A DNA stretch of 64,000 nucleotides from NCBI GenBank assembly GCA_965199755.1, contig CBDASZ010000001.1, forward strand, positions 256,001 to 320,000, in the 5' to 3' direction. The DNA comes from an uncultured candidatus Porisulfidus sp. (GTDB taxonomy: Bacteria > Pseudomonadota > Gammaproteobacteria > Poriferisulfidales > Poriferisulfidaceae). The notes under the pieces are model-generated. The model was not told the origin of the DNA. It saw only the letters and a list, made by a program, of their open reading frames with translations, and made no database searches. Shown here piece after piece: positions 1-9,335 of this stretch. The position numbers and the translations under genes are program-made. Within the stretch, counting starts at the first letter, position 1, and each line of letters starts with the position of its first letter.

Positions 1-987
1 CTCGTGGTCGCTGCGCTCATGGTTGATAACCAGCACCGGGTCATTGCCGCGGTTTCTAGTCCACAGCGTTTTGCGCAAACGGGCCTGATTGTGTTCAATG
101 ACGGCGTTCGCGCAATTCAGAATAGGCGTGGTGGAGCGATAGTTTTGTTCCAGTTTCCACACCTTCAGATCGGGATGCTCTTTCTTGAAGCGCAGCATCA
201 GATCCGGGCGTGCGCCGCGCCAGCCGTAAATGGATTGATCGTCATCGCCGACAGTGAAGATCGGGATCGCGCCGCCGCTTAGCAGTTGCAGCCAGGCATA
301 CTGCAATTCATTGACATCCTGAAATTCATCCACCAGAAGGTGGCGGAGCCGTTGCTGGTAGTGGCCTGCGACCTCAGGGTGTTCGCGCAGCAGTTCCACC
401 GCGCCGAGCAGCAAATCGTCGAAATCCACCACGCCGCTTTCGGCGCAACGTTTTTCGTAGTGTCGCATGACGTCGATCAGATGTCCATCGGCAGGATGGT
501 CTTTCGGCACATGTTTGGCCCGCCGGCCGCGGGATTTTTGCTGGCTGATCCATCTGATCGCACGGTTGATGTCCGCTTTCTTGTGCGGCAGGTGGGCCGC
601 ACTGAGGCTGTCCCGAATCAGGCTCTGCTGATCTGCGCGATCGACAATCTGGAAGGACGGTTTCAGCTTGGCCTCTTTGGGGAAGCGCGCCAGCATGCGG
701 CGGCACAAACTGTGAAACGTGCCAACCCACATCCCGCTTGCCGTGTGACCGGTCAACTGCTGAATGCGCTCGCGCATCTCGGTGGCGGCCTTGTTGGTAA
801 AGGTGACGGCGAGGACCTGATGCGGAGATAGTTGCTGTGTTTCAAGCAGCCATGCGAAACGGTGGGTCAGGACTCGTGTCTTACCGGTGCCTGCACCCGA
901 CAAGACGATGCAATGTTCCTGCGGAGATGACGTGACAGCGTCGCGCTGCACCTCGTTGAGCGGGTCCAGAATGGAGCGGAGACTCAT
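1..987 (-). CDS. uvrD: ATP-dependent DNA helicase UvrD/Rep/PcrA family (5' part; runs off window start)
   Basis: Not in the ORF track. Manual translation from ATG 987 (TGATG overlap with the ubiB stop) gives MSLRSILDPLNEVQRDAV...SGAGTGKTRVLTHR (Walker A)...AVTFTNKAATEMRER...KLEQNYRSTT, the SF1 helicase motifs. Confidence 0.92.
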   Translation of the reverse strand, partial: MSLRSILDPLNEVQRDAVTSSPQEHCIVLSGAGTGKTRVLTHRFAWLLETQQLSPHQVLAVTFTNKAATEMRERIQQLTGHTASGMWVGTFHSLCRRMLARFPKEAKLKPSFQIVDRADQQSLIRDSLSAAHLPHKKADINRAIRWISQQKSRGRRAKHVPKDHPADGHLIDVMRHYEKRCAESGVVDFDDLLLGAVELLREHPEVAGHYQQRLRHLLVDEFQDVNELQYAWLQLLSGGAIPIFTVGDDDQSIYGWRGARPDLMLRFKKEHPDLKVWKLEQNYRSTTPILNCANAVIEHNQARLRKTLWTRNRGNDPVLVINHERSDHE

Positions 988-2516
988 CAGAACAGGCCGG
1001 CCCGATAGGCCAGCCATCCGGTGGCGGCCAGAAGCGCAAGGAGCCAGAATCTGAGCCATCGTGCGCTTCTGCGCTGCTCTTCAATCCGTTGCGTCAGTTT
1101 GCCTTGGACATCTTCAACAGAGGGGGGCGTTGCGAAATACGCGAGCAGTTTGGGAATCCAGTGTGACTGCGCCTCCGACAGCACCGCGCGGATACCGGCT
1201 TGTTCCCGAATCCAGCGCTTGATAAAGGGCGTGGTGGTTGTCCACAAGTTCAACTGCGGATACAACTCCCGGCTGATGCCTTCAATATTGATCAGGGTTT
1301 TTTCCAGCAAGGCCAGTTGCGGCTGAAGGTCCATGTGGAATCGGCGGGTGACCTGAAACAATTGCCACAGCAGGGCACCAAATGAGATTTCTGTGGGGGA
1401 GTACTGGAAAATCGGCTCCGAAACTGTGCGTACGGCCGCTTCGAAGTCCTCAATTCGCGTATCTGGCGGAACCCAGCCGGAACGGACGTGCAATTCGGCG
1501 ATCTGGCGATAGTCGCGCTTCAGCAAGGCGTCAAGGTTGAGCGCCAGATATAACAGATCGAAGCGAGACAGGGATCCGACGATGCCGAAATCGACGAGGT
1601 TGTAGCACGGCTTTTGGGGGTTGTCGATCGAAATGAAAATGTTGCCTGGGTGCATGTCGGCGTGAAACAGGTTGTGGTCGAAAAGTTGTCGGAAGAAGAT
1701 TTCCACCCCTTGTTTGGCGAGTTGCTCCATATCCACGCCGGCCCGCATCATGGCCTCGCGATCTGTTAAGCGGACGCCGGTGATGTGCTCCATGGTTATC
1801 ACATGGCGTGAGGTGTACTCCCAATACACGCGAGGAACGTACAGAAGGTCGCTGTCCTTGAAATTTCGGCGCATCTGGTTAGCGTTGGCCGCCTCGCGTC
1901 GCAGGTCAAGCTCGTCCAGAATGATTTTCTCGTATTCGCCGACCAGTTCCACCGGACGCAGCCGTCGGCTTTCCTTCCACAAAAACTCCAGCGTACGCGC
2001 TAGCGCATACATCAAATTCACGTCCTGATGCACCACTTTCTCAATATTGGGGCGCAGCACCTTAACGATCACGTTGACGCCATGCAGTTGCGCGACGTGG
2101 ACTTGCGCGATTGAAGCTGAGGCCAGCGCCTCTGTTTCAAAAGAGTCAAAAATTTCCGAGACCGGACGCCCCAGAGCCTTTTCGACTTCAGCGCGGGCCT
2201 GATCTCCGTCGAAGGGTGGCACCCGATCCTGCAACAATGCCAACTCGGCCGCCAGATCCCGCGGCAACATGTCGCCGCGTGTAGACAAGATTTGCCCGAA
2301 CTTGATAAACGCCGGGCCCAAATCCTGCAGCGCCAGACGGATGCGTGCTGGCAGTGGGTGGCGTTTCCTTCGATGCCAGTGCCACGGCAGAATACGCACC
2401 ACCCAGTGGACGGGCCGAAACAGCGGCATGGATAGCAGGTACTCGTCGACTTCGTGGCGGGCCAACGTCCACAAGATACGCAACAGTCGTGTCACAACGC
2501 GACCGGGCTGTTTCAT
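987..2516 (-). CDS. ubiB: Ubiquinone biosynthesis atypical kinase UbiB (ABC1 family)
   Basis: LGPAFIKFGQILSTR, LQDRVPPF, ASASIAQVH, VKVLRP, FHADMHPGN, DFGIVG motifs; C-terminal TM segment. Confidence 0.95.
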   Translation of the reverse strand: MKQPGRVVTRLLRILWTLARHEVDEYLLSMPLFRPVHWVVRILPWHWHRRKRHPLPARIRLALQDLGPAFIKFGQILSTRGDMLPRDLAAELALLQDRVPPFDGDQARAEVEKALGRPVSEIFDSFETEALASASIAQVHVAQLHGVNVIVKVLRPNIEKVVHQDVNLMYALARTLEFLWKESRRLRPVELVGEYEKIILDELDLRREAANANQMRRNFKDSDLLYVPRVYWEYTSRHVITMEHITGVRLTDREAMMRAGVDMEQLAKQGVEIFFRQLFDHNLFHADMHPGNIFISIDNPQKPCYNLVDFGIVGSLSRFDLLYLALNLDALLKRDYRQIAELHVRSGWVPPDTRIEDFEAAVRTVSEPIFQYSPTEISFGALLWQLFQVTRRFHMDLQPQLALLEKTLINIEGISRELYPQLNLWTTTTPFIKRWIREQAGIRAVLSEAQSHWIPKLLAYFATPPSVEDVQGKLTQRIEEQRRSARWLRFWLLALLAATGWLAYRAGLF

Positions 2517-2795
2517 AAGATCAGAGTTGTGCGGGACAGTGTATGCACGGGAGACAGAGTGGCAAAAAGCGGGTTATTGTGTCGCAGGCGTAGTGTTTCG
2601 CGCCAAAACAGGGGGTTGCGTGATTAGGGACACAATATTATAAGGCAGGGGCTTGTGGTGTGCATGCGGGTCAGCGGACAAAGTGATAGAGGATGACTGA
2701 TAAAATGGTAGTTGAAGCCACCGACCATATATAAAACTGGTTCTCAGATCATGCCCGAAAACAACGAAAATGACAATGATGGCATAATTCAGGGT

Positions 2796-4538
2796 ATGAA
2801 AGGTCTCATTCATCGCCTGCTTGGGGTGTCATTTGTGTTGGCGCTGGGGGCATTTGGCGTGGTAAGCGCGGACCCGGGCCTCAATATGCCCGAGGGCAGT
2901 TTCGTGGTAGCACTGCGCATAAACCCGCAGGATACAAAGGATTTAGAGCAATCTGATACGCAAGATTCAGGGGGTACACCAACTGACGAAGCCGAAACCG
3001 CGCCGCCGCAGGATCCGCCGGTCAATTCAGGGGATCAGGATGCGGAAAATCAGGAGGGATTGCGCGATTGGTTGGCGCGAGTGCTGTTTCCGCCGCAGTC
3101 TGCAGAGCTGGGGGACGGTGATGAGGCGTCAGAAGACAGTGCGCCGCAGACAGCTGAGGCTGAAGAGCCGGAGCCGTCGCCGCCCGCTGTGACAGAGGCG
3201 CCGCCTGAGGAGCCGGAACCACCCGAAGAGGCTGAAATTCCGCCAGAAGATCCTGCTGATGAAGAATCCGAAGATGTACTAACGCGGGCCGAGCGGGTCT
3301 TGGAAAATCTGGTCGATCTTTTGTTTGGCCTCCTGCCGGAAGAGACGGCCAGTTCACTAGACAGTCAGGATTCTGAGGAAAATCAGAGCGATTCCGAGCC
3401 TTCCGCAAGTGCGGAGGACCAGCAAAGCGCTGAATCCGCGCAAAGCGTACAGCGGGGAGCAGCTCAGCCTGCATCTTCCTTATCGCCTTCCACGCAAGGA
3501 CAGGGGACGGCCGGGACACCCACTAACACGCCAGCCGGCTCTGGGGACGGCGCTGAAGCACCATCAGGCAGTCCAGGCGAGTCGGGCGCTTCACAGGGGC
3601 AAGGCACAGGGCAGGGAGCAGTGTCCTCAGCGCCTTCTTCCTCCCCATCAGACAGCGCCTCCGGCTCCGAAGGGGGCAGTTCCGGGGAATCTTCAGGCGC
3701 ATCGGGATCAACCGAAAGTGCGTCAGGCGATCCGGGCGCTTCATCTGGACAGGGCGCAGCGGCTTCCGCATCCTCTACACCTTCGCAGGGTGCAGCAAAA
3801 GCCGGGGGGGCTGCGGCTGCTGAAGCGGGCAGCGCCTCCGCAGGCAGTGCGGTGGGCGACGTACAAGTCCCAGGGGTGCCAGGAGTACCCGGTTTACCGG
3901 GGCTGAGTCCCGGAGCCGGGCTAGGCCTTGACCTTGATCTGGAGCCAACGGTTTCAGGGGATGTGGGCACAGACGCATCGGGTGACACGGAAGGGACAGG
4001 GCAATCATCAGGCACTTCGGAATCTTCGGCAAGCGCATCAGGTCAGGAGGGCGCTTCGTCTGAACAGAACGCAGGTGCACCGGGCAATGCACCCGCACAG
4101 GGAGGCTTGGAATCAGGCAGTCCTGCAGGACGCGGGGTGACTCAGGCGGAGAAACAGGCCGAGATTGCTACCCGCGCCGGCAAGATCATGGAGAATCTTG
4201 ACGCTGTCTTGTTGCAGTCTCAGAAGGATCTGGAGGCCAGCACTGCGGAAGACGCGGAACTGGTGTCGATCGATGAAAGGTCGGGCTCCGGGGAGAGCGG
4301 CGATACGCAGGCGGAACAGGAGCAAACGGAAGACGGAGAAGAGGAGATGCAGCAGGGATCCAGAGACACAACGCCAGGCAATCAGGCCAGCAAAAGAGGT
4401 TCTGGTGGCGAGCTTGACCCGGAATCGGATATAGTGGTACGCCAAGTATGCGATCTTGCGGAACAAGAAGAGAATCCAGAGGTCAAACAGAAGCTGACAC
4501 AACGTTGTGCGGACATGAAAAAAGATGCGAAAAACTAA
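2796..4538 (+). CDS. Exported, acidic, largely disordered Ser/Gly/Ala/Pro/Glu-rich protein with a short helical C-terminal domain
   Basis: ORF 2712..4538. ATG 2796 gives the signal peptide MKGLIHRLLGVSFVLALGAFGVVSA; start uncertain. Low-complexity middle; C-terminus DIVVRQVCDLAEQEENPEVKQKLTQRC; overlaps the next gene. Confidence 0.75.
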   Translation: MKGLIHRLLGVSFVLALGAFGVVSADPGLNMPEGSFVVALRINPQDTKDLEQSDTQDSGGTPTDEAETAPPQDPPVNSGDQDAENQEGLRDWLARVLFPPQSAELGDGDEASEDSAPQTAEAEEPEPSPPAVTEAPPEEPEPPEEAEIPPEDPADEESEDVLTRAERVLENLVDLLFGLLPEETASSLDSQDSEENQSDSEPSASAEDQQSAESAQSVQRGAAQPASSLSPSTQGQGTAGTPTNTPAGSGDGAEAPSGSPGESGASQGQGTGQGAVSSAPSSSPSDSASGSEGGSSGESSGASGSTESASGDPGASSGQGAAASASSTPSQGAAKAGGAAAAEAGSASAGSAVGDVQVPGVPGVPGLPGLSPGAGLGLDLDLEPTVSGDVGTDASGDTEGTGQSSGTSESSASASGQEGASSEQNAGAPGNAPAQGGLESGSPAGRGVTQAEKQAEIATRAGKIMENLDAVLLQSQKDLEASTAEDAELVSIDERSGSGESGDTQAEQEQTEDGEEEMQQGSRDTTPGNQASKRGSGGELDPESDIVVRQVCDLAEQEENPEVKQKLTQRCADMKKDAKN

Positions 4539-5694
4539 CCAGCTGATCGGCTTGACGCTGCTGTGCGCACTGGCGACGGCCTGCAAAAGCGGGATCTATT
4601 CCGGTGGTTTCCTGTCGCTGGAGGATGATGCTCCCGCGGAGCCGATCCCGGTCGAGGCGTACATTGACGCGGGCATTGTCCGTTTCAAGGGGCCGATTGA
4701 CGAGGATGATCTAGCCGAAGGCAAAGTATTCAAGAAAGTCCGCGAAGCCGAGACGCATTATTTCCCGCAGCAGCTTCGCCAGGCGATGATTCGCAGCGGC
4801 GGCTGGCGACACGTCTGGGTGGTGCCCGAGACGTCGGTGGTGGATCTGAAGGTCGAGGGCTTGATCATCACTTCGGACGGTGAGGATCTGGATTTGCGGA
4901 TTATTGCCACTGATGCGACCGGCCGCAGATGGCTGGACAAAACCTACGACCATGAACTCACGGAGGAGAATTTCGCGCCAAGTCAGGGTGTGCAGATGCC
5001 GGACATGCTGTTTGACCAAATCGCCGCAGACCTGTTGAAGTTGCGCGACCGCCAAGGGGTGGAAGCGCTCAAGGAAATTCGCACGGTGGCGGAGTTGAAG
5101 TTCGCCAGAAATTTCGCACCGGAGGCGTTTGAGCGTTATGTCGGGCGCGATGGTGGCCGAGATTATCTGGTGTCGTTGCCGGCTCAGGACGATCTGAAGT
5201 ACCAGTTGGTGCTGCAGATTCGGGAATACGATGACCGGTTTATGGAGCAGTTGCAGGCCCACTCCATGAAGTTTTCCGACCGGATAGATTCCTCCTATCG
5301 CGATTGGCTCAAGCAAAGTTACTTTGAGCATCGCGCCCGTTCGGAAGAGGTCACCGACAGCGTTGTCCAAGGCGTGCTGAGTGTTTTGGCGCTGGCGGCC
5401 GGGGTGGCGATAGCGGCGGACGGCGGGCATCCTGACACACGCAATGCCGGAGTGTTGCTGGCGGCTGCCGGAGCGTATGGTGCTTACGAAGCGTATGGGA
5501 AATACGAAGGCACTGAAATTCACGACGCCGCATTGAAAGAACTCGGTCACTCACTCAATCTGGAGGTTGAGCCTCAGATCATTGAGATAGAAAGCGAAAC
5601 CTACACGCTTCGCGGTTCGGTCGAGGAGCAATATCAGCAGTGGCGCGACATCCTCAACGACATCTACGCATCGGAACGCGGCCTCCGCAATTGA
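4525..5694 (+). CDS. Putative outer-membrane lipoprotein with hydrophobic Gly/Ala hairpin
   Basis: Lipobox LATA-C20, +2 residue Lys; hydrophobic pair GVLSVLALAAGVAIAA / AGVLLAAAGAYGAY near the C-terminus. Confidence 0.8.
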   Translation: MRKTNQLIGLTLLCALATACKSGIYSGGFLSLEDDAPAEPIPVEAYIDAGIVRFKGPIDEDDLAEGKVFKKVREAETHYFPQQLRQAMIRSGGWRHVWVVPETSVVDLKVEGLIITSDGEDLDLRIIATDATGRRWLDKTYDHELTEENFAPSQGVQMPDMLFDQIAADLLKLRDRQGVEALKEIRTVAELKFARNFAPEAFERYVGRDGGRDYLVSLPAQDDLKYQLVLQIREYDDRFMEQLQAHSMKFSDRIDSSYRDWLKQSYFEHRARSEEVTDSVVQGVLSVLALAAGVAIAADGGHPDTRNAGVLLAAAGAYGAYEAYGKYEGTEIHDAALKELGHSLNLEVEPQIIEIESETYTLRGSVEEQYQQWRDILNDIYASERGLRN

Positions 5695-6425
5695 TCCGCA
5701 CCATCGGGGCGCTTGCGCTGGCGGTTTGGTCGGCGGTTGCGGTCGGCGCGGAATCCGCGGTGCCGCAAGCCGTGCTCGCGGCCATGGCTCGCGGTGACTG
5801 GGCGGAAGCGGCGCGACTGTTGCAGCCGCTTGACGGCGAGCGGGTGCGCGCCTACCGAAGTCAGGCTCTAGCGGAATTGCAGCATCTTGATGCCCGACCG
5901 CATATGCAGCAGGCCGAACAGGCGCGACAAAAACAAGACTGGAACGCTGCGGACGCGGCTTATGGCCGCGCGCTGGCGCGGGCTCCGTTGCTGGCGGCTG
6001 CGCAGAAGGGTCGCGCGCAAATCAAACCCTATATCGATGCGCATCAGCAACTGGCGGCACTGAAAGTGGATGAGGGTTTGTTTGATCCGGTGCTGCGGGC
6101 GCGGGCGCGGGACTGGCTGGCGGCGGTGCAGAAGCAAAAACTTTCAGATCCCAAAATCAATGCGGCGCTACGGGTGATCCCGCAAGTGGTCCAGCGTGCC
6201 GAGACACCGGTGTTTTTCACGCTGACTTCCGACGGCAAATCAGAGGTGGAGATCCATGGTGTGGGCAAGCTCGGACGTCTGCAGGAGCAGACCCTGAAAC
6301 TTGCTCCGGGGGATTATGTGGCGGTAGCGTTTCGTCCCGGCTATCGGGACACGCGCAAAGTCCTGCGGGTGCGACCGGATGAGACGTTGAGCGTGGACAT
6401 CCGCTGTACGGAGGAGATCCGGTGA
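5691..6425 (+). CDS. Exported TPR-like + PEGA-like domain protein
   Basis: TTG 5691 overlaps the upstream stop and gives the signal peptide MIRTIGALALAVWSAVAVGA; TPR-like helices (WNAADAAYGRALARAP); C-terminal beta domain LTSDGKSEVEI...LAPGDYVAVAFRPGYR. Confidence 0.75.
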   Translation: MIRTIGALALAVWSAVAVGAESAVPQAVLAAMARGDWAEAARLLQPLDGERVRAYRSQALAELQHLDARPHMQQAEQARQKQDWNAADAAYGRALARAPLLAAAQKGRAQIKPYIDAHQQLAALKVDEGLFDPVLRARARDWLAAVQKQKLSDPKINAALRVIPQVVQRAETPVFFTLTSDGKSEVEIHGVGKLGRLQEQTLKLAPGDYVAVAFRPGYRDTRKVLRVRPDETLSVDIRCTEEIR

Positions 6426-8236
6426 GCGTTCCGATTCGTGAGCAGCCGTATGTGCCTCCGGCTTCCGGTGGCGGGCCAAGGAAGCGGCGGCGCTGGTGGC
6501 CGGCTTTGCTGGTGTTGCTGGCGGCGCTGGTGGTCGGCGTGCTCGCCGCCACGATGGGGCGATTGCAGACTTTTGAGGTGACCCCGGCTGAGGCGACGGT
6601 GCAACTGGATCCGAAACCGTTGCTATCAGGAGATGACTGGGCCTTGCTGCACTGGCACTGGACCTATCAAGTTGAGGCGACGGCAGAAGGGTATCGTTCC
6701 TTGAAGCAGGAGTTGCTGGTGGATGACAGCAGTCCTTCAGTGTTGCGTCTGGAACTGGAGCCGCTGCTGGGTGCCTTGCGTGTGGTGACAGACCCGAAGG
6801 TGACAGGAGAAGTAAGTCTTGAGGGCAAACGGGTCGGACTGACAGGCAATGTGATTGAGGAGTTGGAGCCTGGAATTTACGACGTAGAGGTACGCGCGCG
6901 CGGTTATGAGCCGGGGCGCGCTGAGGCGAAGGTACATGGCTATGGCGCAGTCGATGAGATCACGCTGGAATTGGTCGCTTTGGCACTGGTTGGGACGCTG
7001 ACGCTCAGCAGCGATCCTGCGGGCGCGGATCTGCTCATCAACGGTGCGGCGCAAGGGCGCGCTCCACAGACGTTGACGGGGGAAGTGGGTGCGAAGTTAC
7101 AGGTGGTGGCGCTGTATCCGGGACATGACGTGGCGCGCGCGACGCTGACTGTGCGCGAAGGGGCGCAGAAACACACTTTGCGTCTGCCGGCGCGTGTCGG
7201 CACAGTGGAGTTGTTTCCGACGCCGACCAATGCGATGATCCGTATTGATGGTGAACTGGAACTGCGCCGAAAACTGGAACTGCCGCAGCGCGAGCACCAG
7301 ATTGAGGTCTCCGCTCCGGGGCATATCACCCGAACCTATCGTCTTACGCCTCATCCAGAGTCTGCGGCGCGGCTGAGCGTTCGTCTGTTGCCGGAGTCCG
7401 TTGCGGCTACGGGACGGCGGCAGAAATGGGAGCAGGAGCAGAAGTTGCAGTTTGTGTCGTATCGGCCTTACGAATCGTTTGCCATTGAGACGACGCGGCG
7501 CAAAATCCCGGTGCGCCTCACCCGTCCGTTCGCGATTCTCGATCGCGAAGTCAGCAACAAGTTGTATCGCAAGTTCCGCGACAGTCATGATTCCGGCAAG
7601 TTCAAGGGCAAGACCCTCGACAACGGGTCGCAACCGGCGGTGCGGATGTCGTGGAATGACGCCGCGCTGTTTGCGAACTGGGCGAGCGAGCAGGCCGGAG
7701 TGGCACCGTTTTATCGAATGAAGGATGGTCAGGTGAGGGGCTTTGATGCCAGTGCCATCGGTTACCGCTTGCCGACGGACGCCGAGTGGGTATGGTTGAC
7801 GCGGCGTGAGGGGCGTTTTGCATGGGGTGATGGCCGGCCGCCAAACCGTTTTGCCAATATGGCGGATCGCACGGCCTCAAAACTGTTGTCGCAGGTGAGC
7901 AAGGAATACACTGACGGATTTGAGGTCAGCGCTCCGGTCGGCAGTTTGCAGCCGGTAACACGAGGGAAGTTGTATGATTTGCCGGGGAATGTGGCGGAAT
8001 GGATACACGACGTGTACGGCAGTGATGTTAAATTGTTGATTGACACGGGGGGCCGCGGCGTTTCCGAGGAACGGGTGGATCCCTTGGGGGTGGCGAAGGG
8101 GCAGTTCCATGTGGTGCGCGGCTTCAGCTGGCGCACTTCAAGCCAGCGAGAACTCAGTCTGGCGTACCGGAATTATGGTGCGAAAGGCAAGCTCGATGTG
8201 GGTTTTCGGCTTGCCTACTATTTGGATCCAAAATGA
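6422..8236 (+). CDS. Membrane-anchored multi-PEGA + FGE/SUMF1-fold protein
   Basis: RKRRR followed by a TM helix; repeated PEGA-like units (LSSDPAGADLLING, EPGIYDVEVRARGY); SUMF1 motifs EVSN..Y, PAVRMSWNDA, YRLPTDAEW, LYDLPGNVAEW, VVRG.SW, VGFR. Confidence 0.88.
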   Translation: MSVPIREQPYVPPASGGGPRKRRRWWPALLVLLAALVVGVLAATMGRLQTFEVTPAEATVQLDPKPLLSGDDWALLHWHWTYQVEATAEGYRSLKQELLVDDSSPSVLRLELEPLLGALRVVTDPKVTGEVSLEGKRVGLTGNVIEELEPGIYDVEVRARGYEPGRAEAKVHGYGAVDEITLELVALALVGTLTLSSDPAGADLLINGAAQGRAPQTLTGEVGAKLQVVALYPGHDVARATLTVREGAQKHTLRLPARVGTVELFPTPTNAMIRIDGELELRRKLELPQREHQIEVSAPGHITRTYRLTPHPESAARLSVRLLPESVAATGRRQKWEQEQKLQFVSYRPYESFAIETTRRKIPVRLTRPFAILDREVSNKLYRKFRDSHDSGKFKGKTLDNGSQPAVRMSWNDAALFANWASEQAGVAPFYRMKDGQVRGFDASAIGYRLPTDAEWVWLTRREGRFAWGDGRPPNRFANMADRTASKLLSQVSKEYTDGFEVSAPVGSLQPVTRGKLYDLPGNVAEWIHDVYGSDVKLLIDTGGRGVSEERVDPLGVAKGQFHVVRGFSWRTSSQRELSLAYRNYGAKGKLDVGFRLAYYLDPK

Positions 8237-8457
8237 AGTACCTCTCTCTCGGCCTGTTGTTGTTCGCGGGGACGGCGATGGCGCAGGAGCCGCCTCCGGC
8301 AAAGGATTTAGACGCGCCGGATACGCCGTTGCTGGTCGATGTGCTCACCGGAGAGGAACTGGAGGAGATCTCGAAGAATCCCTCGCTGGTGCGCGCGCCG
8401 GCGCCGAAAGAGAAAATCACTGCGGATGAAGCAGTGGATATGCCGCGGGACATCTGA
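8233..8457 (+). CDS. Small exported acidic/Pro-rich protein (74 aa)
   Basis: Signal peptide MKYLSLGLLLFAGTAMA; ATGA and TGATG overlaps with both neighbours. Confidence 0.75.
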   Translation: MKYLSLGLLLFAGTAMAQEPPPAKDLDAPDTPLLVDVLTGEELEEISKNPSLVRAPAPKEKITADEAVDMPRDI

Positions 8458-9335
8458 TGCGTTTGCCGAACTGGCGTGACAACGAAGTGGTCTGGCAACT
8501 GCTGGCGCTGTTGCTGAGCATCGTGCTGGTGCATGCGGCGTATGAGCTGGTGGTGCGTCCCACCGCGGCGGTCGAATTGCAGCGTCAGGCGGTGCTGGCG
8601 CAGGCCGAAGCGCCGGCGGATCTGCTGGAGCCGCCTGTGTCAGTGAAGGCGGCGGTTGTGATCAAGGATTACGAACAGGAAGCCTGCTTCATCGCGCTGT
8701 TTTGGGCTTTCGCCATCATGTGGATGAAAGTAATGAAATTACAGTTCTCACGGCGTCTTCTGAGCTGGCCGGGACGCGGTGGAGAGGAGAGTTTTCTGGA
8801 AACCACCGACACGGATGTGATCCTGCCGCAACCGCAGGATCGAGCGCGCTTTGCGGAGATACGCGAACATGCCCGTCAGCATGGCTTCGGCGGCGCGGTG
8901 TTGTTTCAGGCGGTCGATGCCTGTCTGGACCGGTTCTTCACCACGCATTCCGTGTCGGATGCGACCGCGGCGATGAAGGCGCGCTGTGAAATGGAAGCGG
9001 AGCGTCAGGACACCGAACTGGCGCTGGTGCGTTATCTGACCTGGGCGATTCCGTCCTTGGGCTTCATTGGCACGGTTCGCGGCATCAGCGCGGCGCTGGG
9101 ACAGGCGGAAGAGGCGACGCGCGGCAATATTGGGCCGGTGACCGAAAGTCTGGGCGTGGCGTTCAATTCAACCTTTGTCGCCTTGCTGATCAGTCTGATC
9201 ATCATGCTGCTACTGCACAAGTTGCAGGAGGCCCAGGAATCCTTGGTGCTGGATTCGCAGGAACATTGTCAGCATCACCTGTTGCGCTACTTGCGCGGAC
9301 GGGTGCGCGCGGATGAACCCTCTGCTTCGGATTGA
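8457..9335 (+). CDS. MotA/TolQ/ExbB proton channel family protein
   Basis: WAIPSLGFIGTVRGI and LGVAFNSTFVALLISL match the TolQ/ExbB C-terminal TM pair; two additional N-terminal hydrophobic segments. Confidence 0.92.
   Translation: MRLPNWRDNEVVWQLLALLLSIVLVHAAYELVVRPTAAVELQRQAVLAQAEAPADLLEPPVSVKAAVVIKDYEQEACFIALFWAFAIMWMKVMKLQFSRRLLSWPGRGGEESFLETTDTDVILPQPQDRARFAEIREHARQHGFGGAVLFQAVDACLDRFFTTHSVSDATAAMKARCEMEAERQDTELALVRYLTWAIPSLGFIGTVRGISAALGQAEEATRGNIGPVTESLGVAFNSTFVALLISLIIMLLLHKLQEAQESLVLDSQEHCQHHLLRYLRGRVRADEPSASD

Noticed and set aside
4-831. Plus-strand ORFs 4..282 and 286..831
   Set aside because: Antisense shadows of uvrD, which is on the minus strand and absent from the ORF track only because it is open-ended.
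3022-4140. Multiple overlapping ORFs and an apparent repeat array within the low-complexity gene
   Set aside because: By-products of GC-rich Ser/Gly/Ala codons; no regular nucleotide repeat or CRISPR-like spacing.
7400-8236. FGE-type C-terminal domain as a diversity-generating retroelement target
   Set aside because: No reverse transcriptase and no template-repeat copy of the 3' end were seen in the window.
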